A stretch of DNA of 64,000 nucleotides, taken from the NCBI GenBank assembly GCA_019058445.1, contig JAHPZA010000006.1:1068843-1132842 (forward strand), in the 5' to 3' direction. Both the position numbers and the translations under genes were made by a program. The notes beneath the pieces were generated by a model, which ran no database searches, was not told the origin of the DNA, and worked only from the letters and a program-made list of their open reading frames with translations. Below are positions 30,449 through 40,224 of the stretch, one piece after another (the stretch's first letter is position 1; each line of letters starts with the position of its first letter). The stretch comes from Promethearchaeota archaeon. GTDB lineage: Archaea; Asgardarchaeota; Lokiarchaeia; Sigyniarchaeales; SOKP01.

Positions 30449-31330
30449 TTGAGAGACATCAGGAATAAAATATATGTATTAACTGAAAATTTAAGCTTTT
30501 TTTATAGGCTTAATAAGGAATTGAATCGGTTTAACATACCCTTTAAAATAATTAGTGTAAGCAAAAAAATTCCTTCAATTTCTTCATTAATTTTAACTAC
30601 ACTAGAAGAATTTAATAATCGGGAATATTTTCAACAAAATGGCAACTTTATTACATATTCAGGTGAAGAGTCTTTTGAGGAGTATATTTTAAAAGTTATT
30701 GCTGCTTATCGAATAGGGTATAAAGACCATTATTCAGAACTTACGTTTTCTATTGACCCGGGTAATCGATCTGGGTTAGTTGTTTTTTTGGATGATTACT
30801 ATTTAATGTCCCATTGTTGCTTTGAAACACGTGATTTAATTAAGAAAATCAAGAATTACACTCAATATTTTAAAAGGACAAATCCAGAACCAATGAAGTT
30901 GACTTTAAAATTTGGAAGAGGCGTTCTTTCGCTCACTCGAGATTTAGTTGATATCATATCTACCATATTTCGTGACGAAAAAGATATAAGTATTTTATTG
31001 ATTGATGAGTTCAAATCATCAAAAATTAAAATTAATAATAAGAAGAAGGGACGCAAAATCTCTAAAGATGAGGTTTCTGCGTTAGTATTGGCTTTAAGAG
31101 ATGGTATTGAGGTTACTCAGAGCAATTATCACTTAATATTTAACCAAATTAAATCAAGAACTTTAATAAAGGAAGATTTCAAAAAAGAAAAATTGGATGA
31201 AAAGGTAATATCATTAGAAGAAATCGCAGATATTATAGTAAAAGTTTTAAATGGAGAGCTCTCTCTTAAAGAATCATCTTCCATGATAAAGGAGATACAA
31301 ATGAATAAAAATAATATAGTTAAAGGGTAA
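30449..31330 (+). CDS. hypothetical protein with YqgF/RuvC-like RNase H fold
   Basis: SIDPG..SG, IDE..S, D..SA acidic motifs. Confidence 0.6.
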   Translation: MRDIRNKIYVLTENLSFFYRLNKELNRFNIPFKIISVSKKIPSISSLILTTLEEFNNREYFQQNGNFITYSGEESFEEYILKVIAAYRIGYKDHYSELTFSIDPGNRSGLVVFLDDYYLMSHCCFETRDLIKKIKNYTQYFKRTNPEPMKLTLKFGRGVLSLTRDLVDIISTIFRDEKDISILLIDEFKSSKIKINNKKKGRKISKDEVSALVLALRDGIEVTQSNYHLIFNQIKSRTLIKEDFKKEKLDEKVISLEEIADIIVKVLNGELSLKESSSMIKEIQMNKNNIVKG

Positions 31331-31387
31331 AAATTGAACCATTTGATGGTAAGCTCTTCATATCTAAATGGGCAGAAAGAATAGAGA

Positions 31388-31882
31388 TTAATTTATCGCC
31401 TGACATTTTATTTCTATTGGAGTAGAATTTGTTTCTAAATAAATACACTCATCAAAAATGCGATTTATAGCTTTGATGTAAGTTCCTTTTCTGCCAATAG
31501 CAATCCCTCTGTCCTCATAAAAATAAAATAAAATTGTAATTAGTCTTGTACCATCCTCTTTAATATCCACTATTACATCATGAATGTATGTATCCGGAAA
31601 AAGACTAAAGAGCAATCGAATAAGCGTAGCTTCGGTCTTTACTATCATTACTTTCTTATTTACCAATTGCTTTCTAATTGTATGTAGCTTTCTTTTGCCT
31701 TTATAATAATTCTCATTTTTAGCGAAGAAAAAGACGTAGGGAGGCATTAAAATTACTTTATCCGGATACACATGGGTAATTTTATTAAAAAAAAGATATA
31801 AGTCACGCTCATCCTTAGAATATTTTGTTTTAATATTCACCTTCTGAGTTAAAAACGACTTCACTTTATACGTATTTAGCAT
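31388..31882 (-). CDS. NusA-like KH-domain protein
   Basis: RGIAIGRKGTYIKAIN KH GxxG loop. Confidence 0.65.
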   Translation of the reverse strand: MLNTYKVKSFLTQKVNIKTKYSKDERDLYLFFNKITHVYPDKVILMPPYVFFFAKNENYYKGKRKLHTIRKQLVNKKVMIVKTEATLIRLLFSLFPDTYIHDVIVDIKEDGTRLITILFYFYEDRGIAIGRKGTYIKAINRIFDECIYLETNSTPIEIKCQAIN

Positions 31883-32065
31883 GCATTAATTATTTTTTAA
31901 GAAAAGATATAAACCCCTATAACTTATGAAATTATTAATTAAAATTAGTTCTTATGTTCTAAAAGAGCAAAAATATTTGATAAACGAAAAGTATTAAATA
32001 AAAAAAATGAGATGTAATATAAAAGAAGAGTATTTAACTAGCATTAATCATTTACAAGAATTAAC

Positions 32066-33229
32066 ATGAAGCGCTACAAATCTATAGATATTGTCCGGGG
32101 TATTGCAGTTTTTGGTATGGTTTTTGGGCACATTCTAAATTGGTGGTTAGTCCCCGAAGATTATTGGTTATATTTGTTTGTTTATTACCTTCTTGGACCG
32201 TTGGCAGCGGGGGGATTTCTTTTCCTTTCCGGGTTAAGCGGAGTATTTGCATATAAGAAAGCCTTAATAATGGTTGATAAATCAGAAGATTTTAGTATGA
32301 ATATGGTAAGAAATGGATACCTACTAAGAGGTCTATTGTTATTAATAATATCATTTATCTATAATACTCTAATCGCCATTGCAATAAATGATCTTACTTG
32401 GATTTGGGCGTGGTTCGTTTTGCAAACTATCGGTTTCTCACTTTTAATGTCGTGGCCTTTTTTGAATACATCAAAAAAGTTTAGGATAATTTTTGGTAGT
32501 ATAATCCTTATAGTTAATTTTTATTTATTAGAGCTCCTCACGCCATATCAAGGGCAAGCTAATTTTGCTGGAGTATTATATCACGTGCTTTTTAATCCTT
32601 TAGATTTATATCCGATCATCCCGTTTTTTGTAATATTTCTTTTGGGCACCGTTGCAGGAGAGCTTCTCTATGAAATTAATTCAATTAAAAATCAAGAAGA
32701 AAGAGAGCATGCGTTAAAACATAAGTTTATTTTTCCGATTTTTTTATTAGGGATCGTTCTCACTATTTTTGCAATCATATACCAATATCCAAGTTTTTTC
32801 TCTTATTATAAATTCTCTGCCATTGTGTTTGGGATAGGGCTTATTTGCTTACTAGTTTCGACAGTTATCTGGTTCGAAGAATTTGAGAAAATTACTACGA
32901 AAAAGAATTATAATTTTTTTTATTACTATTCGTATTATTCGTTTACGATCTTTTTAGGGCATAATGTTCTTTATTTTCTTTTTTACCAACAGTTAAATGC
33001 GGTTACCATCTGGATTCCTATTATAATTACCTTGTTTTTATTTACTTTACTTCTGAAGTTCATGTATGAAAAATTGGGGCCTAAAGCCTCTCTAAAGGCT
33101 GGAATTGGGGTATTAAGCCTCGTAATAGCAATCAAAATAGAGCAAAGAAAGTATATAAAACATGGCAAGGTAGAGTCTGCTCTCCATTTAGGAAGGTTAT
33201 TGAAATTCGGAGGAAAGAGTAGAAGTTAA
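32066..33229 (+). CDS. HGSNAT/DUF1624 membrane acyltransferase
   Basis: RYKSIDIVRG.A..GM..GH, F.FLSG.S, multi-TM. Confidence 0.82.
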   Translation: MKRYKSIDIVRGIAVFGMVFGHILNWWLVPEDYWLYLFVYYLLGPLAAGGFLFLSGLSGVFAYKKALIMVDKSEDFSMNMVRNGYLLRGLLLLIISFIYNTLIAIAINDLTWIWAWFVLQTIGFSLLMSWPFLNTSKKFRIIFGSIILIVNFYLLELLTPYQGQANFAGVLYHVLFNPLDLYPIIPFFVIFLLGTVAGELLYEINSIKNQEEREHALKHKFIFPIFLLGIVLTIFAIIYQYPSFFSYYKFSAIVFGIGLICLLVSTVIWFEEFEKITTKKNYNFFYYYSYYSFTIFLGHNVLYFLFYQQLNAVTIWIPIIITLFLFTLLLKFMYEKLGPKASLKAGIGVLSLVIAIKIEQRKYIKHGKVESALHLGRLLKFGGKSRS

Positions 33230-33408
33230 TAATTATATTTAAGCAGATCTTTATAGGATTTTTTATTTTTGGTCCCTAACTTTGATAAGCCTGATATTTT
33301 TTATGGAACAAAAATAATAAATAAAAAGAATGAGATGCAATATAAATGTACCTCTCTGCTAAAAAACCGTTATAATTTTAAATCAATAATTTCTTAAAAA
33401 AGCAGGAC

Positions 33409-34188
33409 ATGAAGGAAAGGATTGATATCCTACTCGTCGAAAGACGCCTTGTAGAAAGTAGAACAAAAGCACAGTGGCTAATCCGAAATGGTTATGCGCT
33501 TGTCGATGGCATCGAAGTAAGAAAACCCGGAAAAAGAGTTGATAATACATGCCAGATTCAGTTAAAAGCTGAATTTCCGTATGTTGGTAAAGGAGGTATT
33601 AAATTAGAAGCAGCTTTACAAGAATTTTCGATTTCAGTGAAGGATAAAGTGTGTGCCGATATTGGGAGTTCAGTTGGAGGTTTTGTTGATTGTCTTTTAA
33701 AGCATGGTGCTTTAAGGGTATACGCAATTGATACAGCAACAGAGCTTTTACATCCATCTTTAAGATGTGAAAAAATGAAAAATCAAGTGATTCCTATGTT
33801 AGGGGTGGATGCCCGGTTTTTAAAAAATTTAGATGAATTGGTTGATGTGTGTACTGTGGATATCACATTTACTTCACTAAAAGACATTATTCCTAACATT
33901 GAGAAATATCTTAAACCAAATGGTGATATAATTACACTAATAAAACCTCTTTTTGAAACCAAATTTAGGGAGGAGAAAAAATTTCAAATCATTCAAGATC
34001 CTCAACAGCTCCAAAATGTTTTATTAGATTTAATAGAATGGAGTATAATTAATGAAATTTTTCCATATGGACTAATTAAATCGCCAATATTAGGAAAGGG
34101 AGGTTCGATCGAATTTTTAGTATATTTTAAAATTGATAAAATCAATCATGACTTCGATTACAGGAAAGTGATTGAAAGCATTATCTAA
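33409..34188 (+). CDS. tlyA: TlyA family rRNA methyltransferase
   Basis: S4 domain, YVGKGG.KL, DIGSS.GGF, LIKP.FE. Confidence 0.9.
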   Translation: MKERIDILLVERRLVESRTKAQWLIRNGYALVDGIEVRKPGKRVDNTCQIQLKAEFPYVGKGGIKLEAALQEFSISVKDKVCADIGSSVGGFVDCLLKHGALRVYAIDTATELLHPSLRCEKMKNQVIPMLGVDARFLKNLDELVDVCTVDITFTSLKDIIPNIEKYLKPNGDIITLIKPLFETKFREEKKFQIIQDPQQLQNVLLDLIEWSIINEIFPYGLIKSPILGKGGSIEFLVYFKIDKINHDFDYRKVIESII

Positions 34189-34238
34189 TCTGTAGTAAAA
34201 TGAAATTTTTAAAAAGAGGCAGTGATAAATTTTACTTT

Positions 34239-34610
34239 TTAATAAGAATACTTAAAAAAATCTCTCATTTTTAAGTTATGGACGAATTTTTTAAACCGAG
34301 TTTCTATATTGGAATCATCTAATCCCCATGGCAAATAGCCGATGATATACCGGGGGAAATATTCCACAAACCAATTAGAATTATAAAAACAATCGCCAAT
34401 AAATTGCATATATCTGATTAACTCTTCATCTGATAAATTCGGTCTTTCAAAACATATATAGGGACATTTTTCTTTTTCATAGTGATCTTGTTCCATTCCG
34501 GAACACGACATGATGGTCGGATATCCGAGGCTATTGATTTCTTGAATGTAATGGGATATTCCATTGTCAATACCATGTATTTCACTACTATTCCGAAATT
34601 CTTTAATCAT
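34239..34610 (-). CDS. hypothetical protein (T..SCSG motif)
   Basis: 123-aa ORF with INSLGYPTIMSCSG. Confidence 0.6.
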   Translation of the reverse strand: MIKEFRNSSEIHGIDNGISHYIQEINSLGYPTIMSCSGMEQDHYEKEKCPYICFERPNLSDEELIRYMQFIGDCFYNSNWFVEYFPRYIIGYLPWGLDDSNIETRFKKFVHNLKMRDFFKYSY

Positions 34611-34696
34611 ACTTTTCCTTACTGTGTGGTTTTTGTAATTATATCCCTAATAAATAATAATAATTTCTCCTAAAAAAAGTATGTTTTTATGTAATA

Positions 34697-35896
34697 TTAA
34701 TGATATTTATTAATTTTCCCCGGGATATTTGCAGGATAACTCTCAAATTTTTTACCCCATTCCGTCTCCATGAACTCCTTAATCCTTTTTTTGCCGATTG
34801 TGGGGTACCAGAACATATCATGATATACTAATGAGCCTAAAATTGGTAAAGTCATGAAAAGCTTGTTATGCATTAACGGGTGTAAAAAAGATAATTTCCC
34901 TTTTCTTACCATCTGATCACCCCAAATAACTAAGCTGCGTTTTACTTCGAATTTCCAGTTTATATCGGATACATCCTCTCCAATAAGCTCAATTTGATCC
35001 ACATCTCCACACCCTAACCCTTCATCATGGGCAAGTTTGATAGCAGGAAGGGTCATAGGATCAAATCCCATCATTTTAGCAACAACTGCATCAACAGCCA
35101 CTTGATCATACCCAGCGAGGAGATAATTTTTTATACGGGGGATCATGGTCCTCGGTCCGGCACCATCGCCACAAACCGTTCCGTCCACAACTGCCAAGAT
35201 TTCGGGATGGATTTGTTTCTGAATTATAAGAAGATCCACAAGCACTTCGCTCATATATTGATGCGAGAAATGGCGTCTCTTAGTCAAAAGACCGCCAAAG
35301 GCGTTCTTACAACTACACGTAATGCCCCCATGCTTCATTTCGTCTTTAGTTTGACTTAAAGATCCTCCAACAGCGCCTGTATGCCCATGCGTCTTCATGG
35401 TGGGCGTATGAATAATTGGCTTCCCAAGATAAAATTGAGGAATCTTAAATCCATCGGGAAATATCTTAGAATCTAAAACGTGTAGTTCCTTATCTTTCAA
35501 TGTTTCGAATTTTGAACGTAATTCATCGTCATATGGAATGAACGGAATTTTGGTTAATGGTACAAACCAAACTCCGTATTTTTTAATTATTGGTTCCCAG
35601 CGATTCCCACTAAGTCCTTTTGCAATATTTGTCACCACCGTCCTGTTCTCTGCGGTAAAGAGCTTTTTCGGATCATAGCCATCATCAATCATAGTCTTTA
35701 ATACACCCTCAACCTGCCAAGGTGGACTAGAACATGCAGGGTAAAATTTTGACCAGCTTAGGTTGAGTTTAATTATTGTTTTAAGGTCTTTAGGAAATCT
35801 TTTCTGATATTGAGCAAGATGCATCAATTTAGAATAATCTTCTAGAACCGTGTTAGGTGATGTTTTTATAACGAAAATTTTAGGGTTATCGGTCAT
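34697..35896 (-). CDS. DUF362 family protein
   Basis: K.NLSW, KTH, KNAFGG, DG...G.GPR, DQVAVD. Confidence 0.88.
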   Translation of the reverse strand: MTDNPKIFVIKTSPNTVLEDYSKLMHLAQYQKRFPKDLKTIIKLNLSWSKFYPACSSPPWQVEGVLKTMIDDGYDPKKLFTAENRTVVTNIAKGLSGNRWEPIIKKYGVWFVPLTKIPFIPYDDELRSKFETLKDKELHVLDSKIFPDGFKIPQFYLGKPIIHTPTMKTHGHTGAVGGSLSQTKDEMKHGGITCSCKNAFGGLLTKRRHFSHQYMSEVLVDLLIIQKQIHPEILAVVDGTVCGDGAGPRTMIPRIKNYLLAGYDQVAVDAVVAKMMGFDPMTLPAIKLAHDEGLGCGDVDQIELIGEDVSDINWKFEVKRSLVIWGDQMVRKGKLSFLHPLMHNKLFMTLPILGSLVYHDMFWYPTIGKKRIKEFMETEWGKKFESYPANIPGKINKYH

Positions 35897-35980
35897 AGTT
35901 CTGTGATTTAAAATGAAGCCCTTGATTTTAATTTACCGTTAATGAAAAGAAGTCTTGAATTTATGAGAAATCAGAGAATA

Positions 35981-36301
35981 TTATTTTAGGACCGAAATAT
36001 TATTATGAAATCTAAGGGCAGTATTTATCATTTGTAGGCAATCTACAATGTCTCCCATACGGATCTTCATTTCTTCAATACAGTGAATATCGAATCCTTT
36101 TTGCTCTAGTGCTTCATTGATTAATCGACATGTTTCAAATATTACAGTTTTGGCTTTATATTGAGTCTTTGCTAATTTATCGATTGCATCTTCTCTTTCT
36201 CTTAATTCTATTTGAATCTTGGAATAAAGAGATTTATATTCATCTCGCTCTTTGGTTAAATCTGCGATTTGTTCGGTAAAATTCTTTTTTCGATTAATCA
36301 T
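35981..36301 (-). CDS. coiled-coil hypothetical protein
   Basis: 106-aa ORF with heptad pattern. Confidence 0.6.
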   Translation of the reverse strand: MINRKKNFTEQIADLTKERDEYKSLYSKIQIELREREDAIDKLAKTQYKAKTVIFETCRLINEALEQKGFDIHCIEEMKIRMGDIVDCLQMINTALRFHNNISVLK

Positions 36302-36626
36302 TTTTTAAACTCATAAGCGGTATAATATAGTTAACTTTTCAAATAGTTATTAAAATGGCAATATTTATGAGAAAGAAGTTCGACAAAAATAATGGTTGAA
36401 AGGGCTTTAGAGGAACTAAAGCCTATCGGTCATAGATTCGTGATTGAAAATGAATGCTTTACTTTTAATTTGGCGTTAATGAAATGATGGCTTGATTTTT
36501 AGGGGAAATCAGAGTATGTCGTGTTCTTCAAGTTTTTTAATAACGAATTCTGCGTTTTTTTGAGGGGTGTAAAACTTTTAGGATTTTACAATAAATTATT
36601 TCTATTTATAACTTCATTGTTTTCCA

Positions 36627-38444
36627 TTATTTTTCCTCATTTCTTATCTGAGCTTTAAGGTTTAGTCTTAAAGATTTATTCTTGTATTTTATAACATACT
36701 CATTAGCATATCTTTTTGCTTTTAAATAAGGTGTATCAAATCTAAGGTAATTCGTGTTAACCACTTCATCATTAATTCTAAAATCATTTTTATAGCGAAG
36801 TTCATACTTGGTATTATTACTTCTGTATATAACATTATTTTCTGTTATATTTAAAGGATTACTCATAATTCGTGTCTTAAAATCTTCATATAACTCTTCA
36901 TTATTAGTTGTAACTTCTGTAATCCATATTGTATATTTACCTTTTTGTATCAATTCATTTTCGTTTAATAGTTCCAAATTTTCTTTACCTATTAATGCTA
37001 AATTCACACTACCATATTTCATGAAACCAAAATTCTCAAAAAGATCATATTGATCAAATTCCTCAGTAGGAAAATATGCATGAGTTTTGTATATTAATTC
37101 TTTCTCCAAAAACGCTTTTCTTTTAGGTAATTTAAAAATCGTTATGTTTATATTCTTGTCTTGAACACTATGGGGCATTCTTCCATTTCCTACCCAATTA
37201 TTTGGAGAAAGACTTAAGTATTCATTGTCATCGTCATAGGGGGTAGAAGGATGTGTAATAAATATATTAAAGTCTTTCCCTAAACATACATTCATAATGT
37301 GGTGCTGATCTCCACATTCACCAGGATGGTGAGATTGAGCAGTACTCATTGAATAATCCATTGTCTTATATGTATAAGTATTAACTTTTTGAATTGCTAC
37401 ACCATCAGTAAATGGCCTTAGAACTCTTGATAATATTGGTAATAGTCCAAGTTTTCTTAGTATTGGATTAGAAATCGACTTAAAGTCTTTTAAAAATTTA
37501 TTGCTGTAAAGATCGTATTCATTCAACATATCAATAGTATGAGAGATGATTTCTGGATTAGTAAATGACTCCATTTGCCATAAAACAAATCGATCCAAAT
37601 CATTATTTAAATCTAACTCTTTTTTAATATCTTTTAGATCAAATCCCATTTGATCTTTGATAATTACTTCAGAATCATCTTTTGCGATATCTTTAATTAT
37701 TGAAGGAACTTCATAGTTCAATCTATATTTAAAGATACTGTTAAAGTGGGTAGGATTATAATCTGCTATTTCAAACCCGAATGCATCACATATTATTGGG
37801 GCCACATCTGCATCGGATGGTCTTTTTTTTTGCTTCTCATAACTTCTACCATGAGTTAAAGCAAAGTTTCCTTTAAAGCTGTGAGATGCCATATCAAAGA
37901 AGAGTATGTCTGTAATTATTTTTGCTTTTTCGCTAATCTGTTTATCATGTGCAAAATCAATTAAATGTAATAAAGCTGCTAAATCTTCTGCATAATACAC
38001 ATGAGAATGCCATTCAATAAACCCTGTGCTAAATCTTAAATTAAACCAGTGATTAATTCGATCAAAGGCATATTGGATCTTATCTTTACCTAGTTTATTT
38101 TCATTGGTAAATACTTCTGTTTCGAATAAGCTACAACCGATATACTCTATTGTTGCAAACAGCAACTGATGATTTTCACTCCAGTAACACATGTTGTCAT
38201 TACCTGGCTCTGTCATCCAATATCTGAAGTTTAGTATTGTTTGCTTTATTCTTTCTTTTATATCTTTTGGTAACTTATCATTGAACTGAATATACAATCT
38301 TTGTAATGAGATCATTCTAAAGTCATTACAATCTTCTCTAGTATCAATAAAATCACAAAAATCATATATACTTGAGAAATCATTTATTTCATTATTATTT
38401 AATAAATCTTCCATAATAAGCGGAAGATATTCTGTTATTCTCAT
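36627..38444 (-). CDS. bacterial-like hypothetical protein, possibly heparinase II/III-like
   Basis: YWSENHQ, GFIEWHS.VY, HGRSY motifs. Confidence 0.55.
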   Translation of the reverse strand: MRITEYLPLIMEDLLNNNEINDFSSIYDFCDFIDTREDCNDFRMISLQRLYIQFNDKLPKDIKERIKQTILNFRYWMTEPGNDNMCYWSENHQLLFATIEYIGCSLFETEVFTNENKLGKDKIQYAFDRINHWFNLRFSTGFIEWHSHVYYAEDLAALLHLIDFAHDKQISEKAKIITDILFFDMASHSFKGNFALTHGRSYEKQKKRPSDADVAPIICDAFGFEIADYNPTHFNSIFKYRLNYEVPSIIKDIAKDDSEVIIKDQMGFDLKDIKKELDLNNDLDRFVLWQMESFTNPEIISHTIDMLNEYDLYSNKFLKDFKSISNPILRKLGLLPILSRVLRPFTDGVAIQKVNTYTYKTMDYSMSTAQSHHPGECGDQHHIMNVCLGKDFNIFITHPSTPYDDDNEYLSLSPNNWVGNGRMPHSVQDKNINITIFKLPKRKAFLEKELIYKTHAYFPTEEFDQYDLFENFGFMKYGSVNLALIGKENLELLNENELIQKGKYTIWITEVTTNNEELYEDFKTRIMSNPLNITENNVIYRSNNTKYELRYKNDFRINDEVVNTNYLRFDTPYLKAKRYANEYVIKYKNKSLRLNLKAQIRNEEK

Positions 38445-38526
38445 CTTTATTTAAAGTGCAAACCATATAAATTTCATTTATGATTTAATTCTTTTTGCTA
38501 ACCACTGCTCTTTGAGTGATAACCGA

Positions 38527-39222
38527 TTATATATGTTGTTTGAAGTAGAGTCCCTTTTTTAGCTTATTAAAGACGGTTTTAGCATGTACAAATGGACTTG
38601 ATAGCTCTCCCATGCTCTTAGATTTATTTGCTAATAAACATTCTCTAATACTCTCAAAAGAATTATTAACATCTTCGATAGATGTATAGCCATTTCCAAT
38701 TTCTTCATTAGAATGAGCATCAGAACCGCCAGTTTCAAAAAATTGATAGGACTTATTAAATTTTCTTGCCTTTTTAACGCATCTTTTAAAAATTATTCTG
38801 GAATTAATGATTTCGATTCCATCTATATATTTTTTAATAAGATCATCTGATAATAAATCAATTTTTAACCGATTATTTCTTAAAAAATCAAAAGGATGAG
38901 GAATGACCACTAATCCATTATTTTCTTTTATTTTTTCTACTATTGAAATAAAATCATTATTTCGAATGCTAATTTCCTCATTTATAAAAAGGCCGATGAC
39001 TTCTCCAATATGGGTCTTAATTTCCATACCTGGAATGATGATTAAATCATTGTTTCTATTTTTTTTTTTCAAAATATGATATGCCTTTAAAGTATCGTGG
39101 TCAGTAATAGCAAAACCATCCAAATTCTTCTTTTTGGCATATTTTATAGCATTATCAGGAGTAATAAGAGAATCTCCAGAATAATGAGTATGAATATGGA
39201 GGTCCAATTTCATTGCATTCAA
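38527..39222 (-). CDS. PHP-domain phosphoesterase
   Basis: DLHIHT..S.D, AITDHD, HP, GGSDAH. Confidence 0.92.
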   Translation of the reverse strand: MNAMKLDLHIHTHYSGDSLITPDNAIKYAKKKNLDGFAITDHDTLKAYHILKKKNRNNDLIIIPGMEIKTHIGEVIGLFINEEISIRNNDFISIVEKIKENNGLVVIPHPFDFLRNNRLKIDLLSDDLIKKYIDGIEIINSRIIFKRCVKKARKFNKSYQFFETGGSDAHSNEEIGNGYTSIEDVNNSFESIRECLLANKSKSMGELSSPFVHAKTVFNKLKKGLYFKQHI

Positions 39223-39246
39223 TATGAGATCCCCTAGATTAATGTA

Positions 39247-40209
39247 TTAAAAACTGTTAAAATTATTAAACCACATCTCTAATATGTTAAAAATGGCTTC
39301 CCAATAGTAAGAATAGGATAAAATTGCTATAAGACAAATTCCCGCAAGAATTATCCCCTTATCAAAAAACGCCTTTTCCGTATTTCTGGCTATTTCTGGA
39401 TGAGAAGTCGTTAAATAAATATACCTTAGAATGATGTAAAGAAACGTTGGTATTGTTAGAATTGCGAAATATTCATGAATATTGACAGTCTCTGCTTGAA
39501 ATAGTCCAAAGTGGAGTATTAAATAAATCGAATATGTGAGAAATAATGAGCTTGAGACCATATTCTGAAACTGGGTTAAAATATTTAAATCGTATTTTTC
39601 ATAACTCTTTCTATGCTTGGATGCATTTTCTTCTCCTAATAAAATCAAATCCCCCTTTCTTTTAGCAACAACTAAAAACAATGCAATTTCAAAAATAGCT
39701 AAGAATAGCCAAGGAGAGATAAAAACGTGAATAAGAAAACATCCAGCTAAAGCTCTCCATAAATAAATTATCGATAGAGAAAGCATATCTAGAAAGGCAT
39801 AACGTTTAAATACATGATTATAAAGCTGTCCCGTTATAAGAATTAAAATAATCATAATTGTAAAATTCATATTTTGAATAATAAAAGTAACCGAAAAAAA
39901 AATTATTCCAGACAATAAAATAATTACCAGTAGTGCAAATTTTACGGATAATTCTCCAGTAGCAAGTGGTCTTTTATCCAATCCTATTATTCTGTCCTTT
40001 TCTATATCTCTAATATCATTAATGATGTAATTAATTGAAGAGGCACAGCATAATAAAATAAAACCTAAAATGAGAGTGAAATAAAGAGAGGAATCTAGTA
40101 AACTTTCACTAAAAAAAGCTCCCCAGAAAATTAGAGTATTTTTGTAATATTGCCTAACTCGTAAGAGGTTCAAATAATTTTTAATTCTTCTTGACATTAT
40201 AAATTTCAA
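39247..40209 (-). CDS. UbiA-family prenyltransferase (polyprenyl-phosphate phosphoribosyltransferase-like)
   Basis: RVRQYYKN, YIINDIRD.EKD, RPLA.G, KRKGDL. Confidence 0.85.
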   Translation of the reverse strand: MKFIMSRRIKNYLNLLRVRQYYKNTLIFWGAFFSESLLDSSLYFTLILGFILLCCASSINYIINDIRDIEKDRIIGLDKRPLATGELSVKFALLVIILLSGIIFFSVTFIIQNMNFTIMIILILITGQLYNHVFKRYAFLDMLSLSIIYLWRALAGCFLIHVFISPWLFLAIFEIALFLVVAKRKGDLILLGEENASKHRKSYEKYDLNILTQFQNMVSSSLFLTYSIYLILHFGLFQAETVNIHEYFAILTIPTFLYIILRYIYLTTSHPEIARNTEKAFFDKGIILAGICLIAILSYSYYWEAIFNILEMWFNNFNSF

Positions 40210-40224
40210 AAAAACGCATGTAAA

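Noticed and set aside
35335-35375. Hairpin TCTTTA...TAAAGA inside an apparent insertion in the DUF362 gene, considered as another mRNA intron
   Set aside because: No central helix with two 3-nt bulges could be built.
36350-36520. Short plus-strand ORFs and a GGCTTTAG/CTAAAGCC hairpin
   Set aside because: No recognisable protein or RNA family and no BHB geometry; possibly decayed sequence.
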